A stretch of 24,393 nucleotides of DNA, from the IMG/VR virus record IMGVR_UViG_3300048574_000253, positions 1 to 24,393 of that record; one strand, 5' to 3'. How positions within the stretch are numbered: the first letter of the stretch is position 1; each line of letters opens with the position of its first letter. The notes under the pieces were generated by a model. The model was not told where the DNA came from. It ran no database searches and saw nothing but the letters and a program-made list of their open reading frames with translations. Shown one piece after another: positions 23,370 through 24,393 of the stretch. The position numbers were made by a program, and so were the translations under genes. The stretch is from a virus. Lineage: Duplodnaviria; Caudoviricetes.

Positions 23370-24393
23370 ATGAGCGATCAAAGCGGGGTGCAAAGCGGCA
23401 TGAACGCTGGCGAGGTGGCCAAGATCAGCCCCTGGCGCTTCTCCGTGGCGCCGATGATGGACTGGACCGACCGCCATTGCCGGGCGTTTCATCGCATCCT
23501 GTCGCGGCATGCCCTTCTCTACACGGAGATGGTGACGGCCAATGCCGTCATCCACGGTGATCGCGAGCGCCTCCTCGGCTTCGATGCGGCCGAGCATCCG
23601 GTCGCCCTGCAACTCGGCGGCGCGGATGCGGGGGCCCTGGCGGAGGCCGCGCGCATCGGCGAGGACTTCGGCTACGACGAGATCAACCTCAATTGCGGTT
23701 GCCCGTCGGACCGCGTCCAGGGCGGAAATTTCGGCGCCTGCCTGATGGCTGTCCCCGACGATGTTGCACGCGCGGTCGCGGCCATGAAGCGGGCGGTGAG
23801 CATCCCCGTGACGGTGAAATGCCGGATCGGCATCGACGATCAGGACCCGGAAACGGCGCTCGACGTCTTCGCCGACGCAGTGGTCGCCGCCGGCGCCGAC
23901 GCGTTGATCGTCCATGCCCGCAAGGCATGGCTGCAGGGCCTGTCGCCGCGCGAGAACCGCGAGATTCCGCCCCTCGACTACAGCCGTGTCTTCCGTCTGA
24001 AGGCGCGGCTGCCGCAGGTTCCCATCGCCATCAACGGGGGGATCGCCGATATCGCTGCGGCGCAGGAACTGCTGGAGCCGCGCGACGGCGTGGTGCTGGA
24101 CGGCGTCATGCTCGGGCGCGCCGCCTACCAGTCGCCCGCGATCCTGCGCGATGTCGATCCGGTCTTCTTCGGCGCCGCGGCTCCCGTCGCGACGGCGGCC
24201 GAGGCCATCGAGGCCTTGCTGCCCTATGTCGAGCGCCGCTTGGCCGAAGGTGTCCGGCTCTCGGCAATGACGCGACACCTGCTCGGCCTGTTCCAGGCGG
24301 TTCCCGGCGCGCGTCAGTTCCGCCGCCATCTCTCGGTGGAGGCGGTGAAGCCCGGCGCCGGGGTCGAGGTGCTGCGCGACGCGCTGGCGCTGG
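23370..24393 (+). CDS. dusA: tRNA-dihydrouridine(20/20a) synthase DusA, truncated by the window end (start 23370 or 23400)
   Basis: FSVAPMMDWTDRHCR, LYTEMV, EHPVALQLGG, EINLNCGCPSDRVQ, VTVKCRIG, VHARKAWLQGLSP. Absent from the ORF track because there is no stop in the window. Confidence 0.97.
   Translation, partial: MSDQSGVQSGMNAGEVAKISPWRFSVAPMMDWTDRHCRAFHRILSRHALLYTEMVTANAVIHGDRERLLGFDAAEHPVALQLGGADAGALAEAARIGEDFGYDEINLNCGCPSDRVQGGNFGACLMAVPDDVARAVAAMKRAVSIPVTVKCRIGIDDQDPETALDVFADAVVAAGADALIVHARKAWLQGLSPRENREIPPLDYSRVFRLKARLPQVPIAINGGIADIAAAQELLEPRDGVVLDGVMLGRAAYQSPAILRDVDPVFFGAAAPVATAAEAIEALLPYVERRLAEGVRLSAMTRHLLGLFQAVPGARQFRRHLSVEAVKPGAGVEVLRDALAL
23439..23471. other. Probable prophage attachment junction in the 5' part of dusA
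   Basis: dusA-associated integrases are known to recombine in the 5' coding region of dusA. The partner att copy is not in this window, so the limits are approximate. Confidence 0.5.

Larger units (their letters stand above)
1..23450. mobile_element. Prophage (siphovirus-like tail, lysis, accessory and integrase modules); left part lies outside the window; right end at the 5' part of dusA
   Basis: Contiguous, translationally coupled tail genes, lysis cassette, DNA methylase and a tyrosine integrase divergent from dusA. The right boundary is approximate. Confidence 0.93.

Noticed and set aside
23001-24329. 442-aa minus-strand ORF
   Set aside because: Antisense to the clearly recognisable dusA frame and overlapping int.
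1-24393. CRISPR array, tRNA, rRNA or IS element
   Set aside because: No regularly spaced repeats, cloverleaf, rRNA-like sequence or transposase found by eye.

Overview
Right-hand part of a GC-rich, probably alphaproteobacterial siphovirus-type prophage. From left to right: neck/tail morphogenesis genes (with a well-supported -1 frameshifted tail chaperone), tape measure, tail tip and fibre genes, a lysis cassette (M15 peptidase endolysin, holin candidates, overlapping spanins), a solitary D12-class adenine methyltransferase and a dusA-associated tyrosine integrase, followed by host dusA, which runs off the window. Three visibly less GC-rich accessory slots stand out: (i) a reverse-strand pair of a 72-aa protein and a HEPN-motif protein, (ii) a reverse-strand pair of a 72-aa ORF and an SDH/ClpP-fold serine protease, and (iii) a lipoprotein with a C-terminal lytic transglycosylase domain. 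Non-coding signals include an identical 19-nt GNRA hairpin core used twice in the tail operon, a perfect alphaproteobacterial LexA box inside a leftward sigma70-like promoter, a switch-like structured leader between a Zn-finger gene and the methyltransferase, and repeats between int and dusA. All assignments come from motif recognition by eye; no searches were run.
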